A DNA stretch of 64,000 nucleotides from Thaumarchaeota archaeon UBA164 (GTDB lineage: Archaea > Thermoproteota > Nitrososphaeria > Conexivisphaerales > UBA164), in NCBI GenBank assembly GCA_002499005.1, contig DAJU01000005.1, positions 20,540-84,539 on the forward strand. Direction: 5' to 3'. Below are positions 53,868 through 62,176 of this stretch, one piece after another. Below the pieces are notes generated by a model that worked only from the letters and a program-made list of their open reading frames with translations, searched no databases and was not told the origin of the DNA. The translations under genes were made by a program, and so were the position numbers. Within the stretch, counting starts at the first letter, position 1. Every line of letters starts with the position of its first letter.

Positions 53868-54903
53868 AAGGATAGAGGAAGTCGGGAAAAGAATTCTGAA
53901 CGACATAAGATCCGGCAGGTTTCCTGAGCTTAGGTTGCCAGACAGAAGCGTTAACAACATAATATACAGCCCTGAGCTGAAGCAATATGTTCTTGGAGAA
54001 AGATCAATAGCAAGAAGCGCAAGAAACATAAACCAGATAAGAGCATTCACGCAGTTAGTCTGGCTTGGTTACTTTGCAAAACAGCTCCTTAATGAGGGAA
54101 AGACCTCAACTCTCAGAGACGTTTATTATTCAGCACAGGCGTTTAACATAGACTTTAAGGATCAGCCTGAGTCTGATGAAATAATAACAGAGCTTGAAAG
54201 CCTGCTTAACATGCCACGAGAGGATTTTAACATATACCCTGAGGAAAGGAGCGCTATATTTGGAGATTTAGAAGTGAGATATAACGTTAAAGGATATGAA
54301 GGCAGAACACTTAACCTGACAAGTCATCCGGATGGCGTTATGATAGGGCCTGCGCTTACCACAGCTGACTTTGTGAGGACAAGCGCGGACAAGCTAATAG
54401 TTGTGGAAAAGGGCGCGCTTTTCACTAGGTTCATAGAGGAAAGGGTGCATGAAAGGTTCAAGGCAGTGCTAATAAGCACGACCGGGCAGGCTCCGCGCAG
54501 CACCAGATATCTTATAAGGAGGCTTAACAGGGAGCTGGGGCTTCCCGTGTACATATTTACAGACGCTGATCCATGGGGCATGCACATAGCCATGGTTATA
54601 ATCTCAGGATCAGCAAACGCAGCTCACATAAGGGAGCTTACAACGCCTGATGCTATATGGGCAGGCGTTTGGGCAACTGACATAAAAAGATACAGGCTGC
54701 CAAGCGATCCCCTTGATGAAGTTGATATAAAAAGGCTCCATGAGCTAAAGGATGACCCGAGGTATACTGAAAGCCTATGGAAGGTTGAAATAGACGAATT
54801 TTTAAGAAGAAAAAGGAAGTCAGAGCAAGAGGCCTTTGCAAAGTACGGTCTAACATATATCGTTGAAAAATACCTCCCAGAGAAGCTTCGGGAGGTTGGC
54901 TGA
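53833..54903 (+). CDS. top6A: DNA topoisomerase VI subunit A (Spo11 homolog)
   Basis: Catalytic-Tyr region LRDVYYSA, Toprim VVEKGALF and TDADPWGMHI. Overlaps top6B by 35 nt. Confidence 0.92.
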   Translation: MRLMKKSSEANKRIEEVGKRILNDIRSGRFPELRLPDRSVNNIIYSPELKQYVLGERSIARSARNINQIRAFTQLVWLGYFAKQLLNEGKTSTLRDVYYSAQAFNIDFKDQPESDEIITELESLLNMPREDFNIYPEERSAIFGDLEVRYNVKGYEGRTLNLTSHPDGVMIGPALTTADFVRTSADKLIVVEKGALFTRFIEERVHERFKAVLISTTGQAPRSTRYLIRRLNRELGLPVYIFTDADPWGMHIAMVIISGSANAAHIRELTTPDAIWAGVWATDIKRYRLPSDPLDEVDIKRLHELKDDPRYTESLWKVEIDEFLRRKRKSEQEAFAKYGLTYIVEKYLPEKLREVG

Positions 54904-55219
54904 CTCCCTCATCGCCCTTAAGGGATTCCCCCATTGATTCGGATCTACATCTCTCATCTGAGGGGCAGTCAAGATGGTCAGAGAACTAATCTCATCTGTA
55001 TACAGCTTATTGTGTTTTAAATTTCTCAGGCATTCAACCCAGCCTCAAAGAGGCTAGGCTTTTGGCAATTGTAATCTTTTTTATGTTATGCGCATGAACG
55101 TCAAAACGCCTCAAGGCTCTTGCTGACGAAGCAGTTTAATGTCATTAAGGAGCTCAGCGCTGAGCGGACGAGCAGTAAGCTTTTAAGCTATAAAACGGCA
55201 ATCATAATGGCGAATTACA

Positions 55220-55396
55220 ATGAGCTATAAGATGGTAGTTGCAAAGGTAATTGCAATTTTTATAATAGTGCTGGCTGTATACGTTATCCTTGAAGGGGAA
55301 AAGGTACCATATGAGCTTGTAAGGGCAATGTATGATGTGATGGGAGCAATAATGCTTATAGGCTCAGCAGTGGTGTTGATAGCAAGGCAGGATTAA
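55220..55396 (+). CDS. unlisted small ORF (58 aa), two predicted TM helices
   Basis: My own translation: MSYKMVVAKVIAIFIIVLAVYVILEGEKVPYELVRAMYDVMGAIMLIGSAVVLIARQD. Its stop abuts the TTG start of the next gene. Confidence 0.35.
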   Translation: MSYKMVVAKVIAIFIIVLAVYVILEGEKVPYELVRAMYDVMGAIMLIGSAVVLIARQD

Positions 55397-55951
55397 TTGC
55401 CAGAAGTCATAGCAATAACTGGTTGTGCGGCAACAGGAAAAAGAACGGCTGGCTCGGCTATTGCAAGAGCTATTGGAGCGCGCTTTGTTGACTACCTTGA
55501 ATATCTTAAAGACAAAGGCGCTGTAACTTTTGAGGACGGCGAAGCGGTTATAGAAGAGCGAAAGGCAAGAGAGGCATTTAAATCGCTTAAAGGGGCTCAC
55601 GTTATTTCAGGGATCTACGCTCTTAACTACATAGATCCGAGGAGCGTAAGGCTAACCGTTGTCCTGAGAGTGCATCCACGTGTTCTATTTTATAGATACA
55701 TAATGAGGGGGTACCCGCTGGAAAAGGCAGTTGAAAACGCGATGGCAGAATACCTTGACGTGTGCCTTTCAATGGCTCTGCAAAAGACCCCTGGCCGTGT
55801 TGCTCAGATGGACGCAACGTTCTGCTCTCCTGATCAAATAGCCGCCAGAACAATAAAGGCGGTTAACGGCGAACTGGTGTTTGACGAAGTTAACTGGCTT
55901 TCTGAAATAAACGGCCCTGATGATTTAAAGCGAATAAGGTTTCACGGATAA
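55397..55951 (+). CDS. P-loop NMP-kinase-like protein (adenylate kinase 6/Fap7- or CMP-kinase-like) with an atypical Walker A
   Basis: VIAITGCAATGKRTAGSAIARAIGARFVD has the G-x4-G-K layout, but Arg follows the Lys instead of Ser/Thr. Size (184 aa) fits small NMP kinases. Confidence 0.5.
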   Translation: MPEVIAITGCAATGKRTAGSAIARAIGARFVDYLEYLKDKGAVTFEDGEAVIEERKAREAFKSLKGAHVISGIYALNYIDPRSVRLTVVLRVHPRVLFYRYIMRGYPLEKAVENAMAEYLDVCLSMALQKTPGRVAQMDATFCSPDQIAARTIKAVNGELVFDEVNWLSEINGPDDLKRIRFHG

Positions 55952-56010
55952 CAAAAACCAGAACGAACACAGCAACGTTTTTAAAAGCTAATGAACAGTT
56001 AGGTAGGAAA

Positions 56011-56652
56011 TTGAGCATTTCCGGCATTTCGTTTGATCTTGATGGAACGTTAATAGACAGTGCCAAGAACCTTATGGTTAGCTGGTCGCAGGTCATGAAA
56101 GAGCATGGCGTTAACGTAAATCCAGATGACATAAGACCATATGTTGGGCTTTCGCCAAAGATTATAGTTTCCAAGTTCATAAAGGATCCATCAGACGAGT
56201 TTATAGAAGCATTAAAGGCGAGGCGGAAGGAGATTTTTATAAAAAACATAGATCTTGTAAAGGTCTTTGATGACGCCCTTTATGCGCTAAAATGGTTAAA
56301 AGAAAACGGTTACAGGGCTTCAATAGCCACCAGCATGGGAGGGGATATGATAAACGAAATCGTTAAAAGGTTTGGGCTTGACAACTATGTCTGTTGCTGG
56401 ATAAGCGCGGAAGAGGTTAAGAACCCAAAGCCGGCTCCTGATGTTTTCATAAAATCGTTTGAGCGCATGGGCATAAAGCCCAGCCAAGCTCTTGTGGTTG
56501 GTGACAGGGAATACGATATAATTGGGGGCAAAGCTGCGGGTGCAAAGACCGTGCTCGTGAAGAGGGACGAATACAGCCTGTGCAAGACTGTGGCTCCGGA
56601 CTTTGCAGTAAACAGCCTTTATGAGTTGCCAGGAATATTAAAAGAGCTGTAG
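56011..56652 (+). CDS. HAD-superfamily hydrolase (subfamily IA, phosphoglycolate phosphatase / beta-PGM-like)
   Basis: Motif I FDLDGTLIDS, motif II ATS, motif III/IV K...VGDREYDIIGGKAAG. Confidence 0.85.
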   Translation: MSISGISFDLDGTLIDSAKNLMVSWSQVMKEHGVNVNPDDIRPYVGLSPKIIVSKFIKDPSDEFIEALKARRKEIFIKNIDLVKVFDDALYALKWLKENGYRASIATSMGGDMINEIVKRFGLDNYVCCWISAEEVKNPKPAPDVFIKSFERMGIKPSQALVVGDREYDIIGGKAAGAKTVLVKRDEYSLCKTVAPDFAVNSLYELPGILKEL

Positions 56653-57948
56653 TTCTTTAAAAATTTCTTCCATTTTGTTTTCCAAGAATTTTTCAAGAAG
56701 CGCGGAGTCACCTAGCCTGTATGTGCTGTCAGATTCGATAATAATTCCAGCAGACTTCATCTCCTTTATTGCTGATTCAGCAAATTCAACCTGTGTATTA
56801 TAGGTCCTGCACATAGTTAAGAGGCCTTCCTTGCTCATCCTTTCCCTTCCGGCCATGGCTGCCAGTGCGTAGCCGTTTATCCTGTCCTTTATCGATTTTT
56901 CTTCAACTGTCTTTTTAAAGTCGCTAAGCGTGGCGTCTATAACTGACCTCACCAGTTCGGGAACAACGCAGATAACTTCAGTTTCGCTGCCTCCTATTTC
57001 CATCCACGATACATATGCTAGGTAACTTGCAGTTAGCTCATAAAAGCTCTGATAAATCATAGGCGAAAGCTGCCTTGATGCAAGAAGCGTGTCAGCTGCC
57101 AATGCAATGTCCCTCGTCACCCCGGCTTGTCTTATTCCATAGCACTTTAACGAGCCGTACGCTGCGCATGGCTCATGAAAGAGCCTGGATTCGGGATCCC
57201 TCTTTATTAAGGCGCAGTTTGGATAAACAAGAAATGGCCCGCTTACCGTCGCAAACGCAGTGAGGAACGCGGTTTCAGGCATATGCCTATCCAGCCAGAT
57301 GCCTACAACCGACTGCTTTTCGAGAAAGCGTTCCTGTGCAAGCTTCTGCGCAAGCACAAGTCCCGAGTCGGTAAGCGAAACGCTTCCATATACATACTGC
57401 CCGTTTCTTACAACGTCATTCATGCTTGATACTCCAAGCGAAAGCAAAACGCCCACGTGCTTATCCCTAAGGTAGCTAGTTCTGGTCCCTTCGCTTTCCC
57501 TATAATAAAGGGCCTTTCCTGTGGCGTACAGCCTTAGAACCAAGTTTTCAAGCTGGGTAACCCATTGGCCGCCAACAGCGGCTTCAGCGATCCCTCTAAA
57601 TGTATCAACGTCTTTTACATTTTCTGCAAAATACGCGTGCGAGATCTTTTCATAGGGTTGAACTTGCCCTCCAAGTCCTTTAATAAATGTCTCCAGCATG
57701 TCAGTGCTAACTTCAATTGCCCCTCCAGAAGCACCGTTTCTGCCTTCAGCGTTTATTAAAACCGCATTGCTGCCGCACTTGCCTTTGTCAAGTCCCTCTT
57801 GGTAAACGTCAACAAACACCATCTTCCCAGCGGCTGTCTCCGCAACCACACACGCCGCGCCGCACAGCTGTTCTTCTGAAAACTTAACCTGATAATGTGA
57901 AAGGAGGCCTTTAAGATACTGGGATATAAGCTCGCTTAACCTGTTCAT
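56638..57948 (-). CDS. hypothetical protein (436 aa), no recognised family
   Basis: Long ORF with normal composition. wHTH-wing-like segments (VRNGQYVYGSVSLTDSGLVLAQKL; EMKSAGIIIESDSTYRLGDS). No catalytic motif seen. Confidence 0.6.
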   Translation of the reverse strand: MNRLSELISQYLKGLLSHYQVKFSEEQLCGAACVVAETAAGKMVFVDVYQEGLDKGKCGSNAVLINAEGRNGASGGAIEVSTDMLETFIKGLGGQVQPYEKISHAYFAENVKDVDTFRGIAEAAVGGQWVTQLENLVLRLYATGKALYYRESEGTRTSYLRDKHVGVLLSLGVSSMNDVVRNGQYVYGSVSLTDSGLVLAQKLAQERFLEKQSVVGIWLDRHMPETAFLTAFATVSGPFLVYPNCALIKRDPESRLFHEPCAAYGSLKCYGIRQAGVTRDIALAADTLLASRQLSPMIYQSFYELTASYLAYVSWMEIGGSETEVICVVPELVRSVIDATLSDFKKTVEEKSIKDRINGYALAAMAGRERMSKEGLLTMCRTYNTQVEFAESAIKEMKSAGIIIESDSTYRLGDSALLEKFLENKMEEIFKELQLF

Positions 57949-58010
57949 CGTTGTCTCTATTTGTTTTTAAATTAAATAACGTTCCTCTTTTTTTAGGCAT
58001 GAACTAATAC

Positions 58011-58181
58011 ATGAGCAAAGCTAAATACATGGCCCAGCAAATCTTCGCTATGTTAGCCTCTGCGGCATCAGGAACCGCGGCCCTCATGCTCTTAAATCAA
58101 AGGATCAGCCTAGGGCAACCCTTAAATCGCATTTGCGCGTTGTTGATGAACGCGCCTAATGTTCAAGCGCCGGGGAGCTGA
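58011..58181 (+). CDS. possible unlisted small ORF (56 aa) upstream of the UbiB-like kinase, doubtful
   Basis: My own translation: MSKAKYMAQQIFAMLASAASGTAALMLLNQRISLGQPLNRICALLMNAPNVQAPGS. One hydrophobic segment. It ends 5 nt before the TTG start at 58187. Confidence 0.2.
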   Translation: MSKAKYMAQQIFAMLASAASGTAALMLLNQRISLGQPLNRICALLMNAPNVQAPGS

Positions 58182-58186
58182 TCCCC

Positions 58187-59656
58187 TTGAGCATAAAGCG
58201 AACGCTTCAGATAACGTTTACGCTTCTTCCTGATTTCATAAACTACCTCAGGGACAGGAGGACGCTTGTTTCTGGGCAGGAACTTTCTGCATCAGACAGG
58301 GAAAGGCTTAAGAGGCATGCCAGGTCAATGGTTGACAAATTCATAAAGCTCGGCCCAACCTTCATAAAGCTCGGCCAGCTGCTTTCAGTAAGGAGCGACG
58401 TTCTTCCTCAGGAATATATGGATGAGTTTGCGAGGCTTCAAGATGAAGTGCCGCCCTCTCCGTTTGATGATATACTCAGAGTGATTAAAGAGGAGTACGG
58501 AAAAGACCCGGGTGAAATATTTGAATATATAGACCCGACGCCATTAAGCGCCGCAAGCATAGGCCAGGTCCATAGGGCGCAGTACAAAGGGAAAGAGGTC
58601 ATAATAAAGGTTCGCAGGCCCATGATAGAAAGGCACATAGAGGATGACTATTCAGCGCTTACAACTTTGCTTAAGCTGATAAGAAGAGTCGCAGATGAAG
58701 CGTTCAGCAGGTCCTTTGAGGCAGCCCTTGAGCAGTTTTACTCTACGATATGGGATGAAATGAACTACAAAAAAGAGGCAAAAAACGCTAAACAAATAGC
58801 AAACGAGCTGAAGGGCGTCGGGTTCGTTATAGTGCCTCAGGTTTTTGAAGAGTTAACAACAACTAGGGTTCTCGTAATGGAGCTGCTCAAGGGCACAAAG
58901 GTCACAAACACCAAAGACCTTGACAGGCTTGGCGTTAACAGGAAGGAGATAGCCAGAAGGCTTTCGTGGCTCTACATGAAGATGCTGTTGCGTTCTGAAA
59001 TATTTCACGCTGATCCTCACCCAGGCAACATATCAGTTTCAGACAATGGAAAGATAATACTATATGACTTTGGAATGGTTGGCCGCCTTACAAAGGAGTT
59101 TAGAAACAGATTGCTGTGGCTTTACTACGCGCTTTCCACAAAAGATCCCGAAGAAATAGTTAATGCCCTCATAGACATGCGGGTTCTTGATCCATTTGTG
59201 AACAGACAGGTTATAGTTGAAGGCGTGGCCCTTGCCCTGCAGGAGTTTGAAGGAAGGGAAGTTATGGAATCAGATGTAAAGATGTTGATGAGCATAGCAA
59301 ACAGGGTAATTTACAGGTTCCCGTTCAGGCTCCCAAAGGAGCTGGTGCTTTATCTAAGAATGGGTCTTCTGCTGGACAGCGTGTGCAGGGCGCTGGACAA
59401 TGACTTTAACTTTCTTGTCGTGCTTCCAGGAATACTTGAAGAGGAAGGGCTTATCAGAGAGTACTATCTATTCAGAGCTAAAAAGGCCCTGTCCGATTTT
59501 TCAAGGTTCATAAACGATTCTGTGAAACTGCCATCCTTAATGGAAAGGTACTATTCAGACCAGCTCTACAGGAACAACAGCTCTAGGAATAAGGCTCAGA
59601 CGGTGCTTTTAGCTGTTATTGTGGTGCTGCTGATAATACTCATAATAAGGGTTTAA
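58187..59656 (+). CDS. ABC1/UbiB-family atypical protein kinase with a C-terminal TM helix
   Basis: FIKLGQLLSVRSDVLP, AAASIGQVHRA, HADPHPGNI, YDFGMVG. C-terminal VLLAVIVVLLIILII. Confidence 0.9.
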   Translation: MSIKRTLQITFTLLPDFINYLRDRRTLVSGQELSASDRERLKRHARSMVDKFIKLGPTFIKLGQLLSVRSDVLPQEYMDEFARLQDEVPPSPFDDILRVIKEEYGKDPGEIFEYIDPTPLSAASIGQVHRAQYKGKEVIIKVRRPMIERHIEDDYSALTTLLKLIRRVADEAFSRSFEAALEQFYSTIWDEMNYKKEAKNAKQIANELKGVGFVIVPQVFEELTTTRVLVMELLKGTKVTNTKDLDRLGVNRKEIARRLSWLYMKMLLRSEIFHADPHPGNISVSDNGKIILYDFGMVGRLTKEFRNRLLWLYYALSTKDPEEIVNALIDMRVLDPFVNRQVIVEGVALALQEFEGREVMESDVKMLMSIANRVIYRFPFRLPKELVLYLRMGLLLDSVCRALDNDFNFLVVLPGILEEEGLIREYYLFRAKKALSDFSRFINDSVKLPSLMERYYSDQLYRNNSSRNKAQTVLLAVIVVLLIILIIRV

Positions 59657-60036
59657 CATTGGACAGGCCTTCCCTGATGTATTAAAAAGCACCTTCCCCC
59701 GTTTTCCCTGATTCTTATTGCAAGCCCCTTGTCCATTGTTATTACAGGAATGCCTTCATTTTTTGCAGCCTTAACCAAGTCGTCGTCCGCGTTTCCGTCA
59801 TAAGCTAAAACCCTCTTTATCACGATTGCATCTATGTTTATTCTTCTTTTCTTCTTCAATCTGTTCAGTTCTCTGATTACCGATCTGGTGACTACAAATT
59901 CTACGCTTCCAAACTTGTCCTCAAGCTGGTCAAGGGCAAACGAGGGAGATGTAAGCAGATATATCAAAAAGCTTGTATCTGCTAGGAACTCCAATTTACT
60001 GAACGTAGCCCATTCCGGCCAGCCTCCATCTTTCAC
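59653..60036 (-). CDS. PIN-domain nuclease (Fcf1/Utp24-like, conserved downstream partner of aIF2-gamma)
   Basis: Acidic PIN residues in LADTSFLIY, VIRELNRL, DDDLVKAA and ITMDKGL. The GTG start overlaps the aIF2-gamma 3' end. Confidence 0.75.
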   Translation of the reverse strand: MKDGGWPEWATFSKLEFLADTSFLIYLLTSPSFALDQLEDKFGSVEFVVTRSVIRELNRLKKKRRINIDAIVIKRVLAYDGNADDDLVKAAKNEGIPVITMDKGLAIRIRENGGRCFLIHQGRPVQC

Positions 60037-61648
60037 TTATGAGCCTGCTTATAGCCACCTTGTCGCCGGGGATTGCCACCGCTGGCCTCCTGAGCTCAAT
60101 CCTTATAAATTCGTTAGTAACTTCAGCCACAACGCCGTTAACTGCAAGCGTTCCTATGTTGAGCTTAAGCGCTTCGCCTGTTCTTAGCCTTTCAGATCTT
60201 ACAAGCTCCTTTAGCCCTATTATGTACTGAAAGAGTTCATACTTCAGCATTATCTCCTTTGTAGGATTGGGCAGCTCACCAGGCAGCGATATATAGTTGC
60301 CCACCATGATATCGTTCTTTGTAAATACAGGATCAAGGGGTGTGCCTATTGCGATAAGCCCTCCTGGATGTACTTCATCTACAAGACCAGCCGACGTGCC
60401 CAAGCTTACAACCTTGGTGCGCACAGGCTTGAACCTGTCCCTCAAAGGTATTCCGGGCTTTATCTCTATTTCATCACCAACCTTTAGCTTCCCGCGCTTA
60501 AGGGACCCTCCAAGTATGCCGCCCCTAAGGTCCTTGACTTCAGTGCCTGGCTTGTTTATGTCAAACGATCTTAGCACCTGCATAAGAGGAGGCGAATTAA
60601 GGTCCCTTTGCGGGGTTGGGATTGCATCCTCTATGGCCTCTATAAGCGCATCAATGTTAAGCCTTTTTTGTGCAGATACAGGCACTATTGGCACATCCCT
60701 GTAGCCATATGACGAAAGAAAGTCGACTATTTTGTTATAATTGTTAAGCGCTTCGTTATATGTTACCAAATCGACCTTGTTCTGGGCTACTACTATGTTC
60801 TTGACTCCTATCATTTTTAATGCCTGCAAATGCTCCCTAGTCTGCGGTTGCGGCACCTGCTCGTTTGCGGCTATTACGAGCACGGCGCCATCCATGATGG
60901 CCGCACCACTAAGCATGACCGACATCAGGCTTTCATGACCTGGTGAGTCAACGAAGCTCACGACCCTTCTAAGCTTGGCCTCCTTCCCATCGCACGTTCC
61001 ATCAGTGTTGAAGTTTGCAGGCGGGCTTATCCCAGGGCATTCATAAATTGCCGCATCAGCATATCCAACCTTTATTGTAATGCCCCTTCTTAGCTCTTCG
61101 CTGTGCATGCTTGTCCATTTGCCAGTTATGGCCTCAACAAGCGTAGTGTTATGCGTTATGATTCCGTTTGAAAGCAAAAAGTTATGAACGGCTGGCACAG
61201 CAAGATCATACACAAACCCAGCATAGCCTTCGCTCTTTAAACTGGATATCGTGTCCCATTCAAATCGTTTATCAAACGAAAGCAGTCGTTCATTCTCAGC
61301 AAGCTCCGCCGCCCTTTTCCAGCCTGTAGGTGTGAGGAACCCGTGATCAGGGGTCGCCCTTATCCTCCTTCCACTTTCAGTCTCCACCTTTACTACAACA
61401 CCTTTGTATGGCTGAATAAAAGGGAAGGCATTAACTTCAGAAAGAGAGTTGCCGGAAAGGCCAAGCGTAATAATGGGAGAAAGGCCAAGGGATTCCCCCA
61501 TTGCCGATCCCCCAAAAGAGCTCAATACATCCCAGCCGTCAATTTCATGCCCATCAACAAGCGCCTTATTTTCAAGGGTAAGGCACTTTCCGTGATCAAC
61601 ATGACCGGCTGTTCCGATGTTTATCTCTGGCTGCCTTGGAATTTTCAT
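59996..61648 (-). CDS. eif2g: translation initiation factor aIF2 gamma subunit, interrupted by a mini-intein
   Basis: G1 GHVDHGK|[intein]|TTL, G3 DSPGH, G4 NKVD. Domains II and III are present. Without the intein the protein is 404 aa, a normal size for aIF2-gamma. Confidence 0.92.
   Translation of the reverse strand: MKIPRQPEINIGTAGHVDHGKCLTLENKALVDGHEIDGWDVLSSFGGSAMGESLGLSPIITLGLSGNSLSEVNAFPFIQPYKGVVVKVETESGRRIRATPDHGFLTPTGWKRAAELAENERLLSFDKRFEWDTISSLKSEGYAGFVYDLAVPAVHNFLLSNGIITHNTTLVEAITGKWTSMHSEELRRGITIKVGYADAAIYECPGISPPANFNTDGTCDGKEAKLRRVVSFVDSPGHESLMSVMLSGAAIMDGAVLVIAANEQVPQPQTREHLQALKMIGVKNIVVAQNKVDLVTYNEALNNYNKIVDFLSSYGYRDVPIVPVSAQKRLNIDALIEAIEDAIPTPQRDLNSPPLMQVLRSFDINKPGTEVKDLRGGILGGSLKRGKLKVGDEIEIKPGIPLRDRFKPVRTKVVSLGTSAGLVDEVHPGGLIAIGTPLDPVFTKNDIMVGNYISLPGELPNPTKEIMLKYELFQYIIGLKELVRSERLRTGEALKLNIGTLAVNGVVAEVTNEFIRIELRRPAVAIPGDKVAISRLISERWRLAGMGYVQ
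61148..61585 (-). mobile_element. mini-intein (146 aa) inside the aIF2-gamma P-loop
   Basis: Starts with Cys (CLTLENKALVDG), has a T-x-x-H block (TPDHGFLT), ends VHNFLLSNGIITHN, and is followed by Thr(+1). No endonuclease domain. Confidence 0.85.
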
Positions 61649-62176
61649 CTAATGAAGATGCGTGGGGGGCTATTATAAGCTTTTATTGAATGCAGCGTGC
61701 TGACTGTCAGCAAAGCAAACTGCACATCTGCGGGCTTGACGGCGATAAAAGGCTCGTACAGGCCAGGCGCCTACGCGTTAAGGAAACCTGCATTATAAAT
61801 ATAAGATGGCACCATTTAGTTACTGAAAAATATAATGGCCAAAACAAAGGCCATCAATAAAAGTGTCTTTAGCTAAAAATGGCGGTCCTATATTATTTGC
61901 AAACTGCAAAATGATGAACGCATATGGTCACGGTCAGGCTTGTCTGAGTCTTAAAGATCATTCACTCATAGCAGCCAGGGAAAGGCTTATGATATAACGA
62001 TTAAGCCATATAAGCTAAAAGGTAGCTGGGGATAAGCCTTATAATTAAGTCAAAAAGGACGAGCGTGCGGCTTATGGGAACTTTAAAGGCAAAAGCATAG
62101 TGACAACTACGTGCTTAACGGCCGCCCGGGGCGTGCAGCATCATACTAAAATACACGCCTTGACGCGTTATAGGCA

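Noticed and set aside
61911-61947. C/D-box sRNA candidate: AUGAUGA ... CUGA.
   Set aside because: Only about 37 nt separate the start of the C box from the end of the D box. There are no internal D'/C' boxes and no terminal stem. Archaeal C/D sRNAs are typically about 50-60 nt with a C-D'-C'-D layout.
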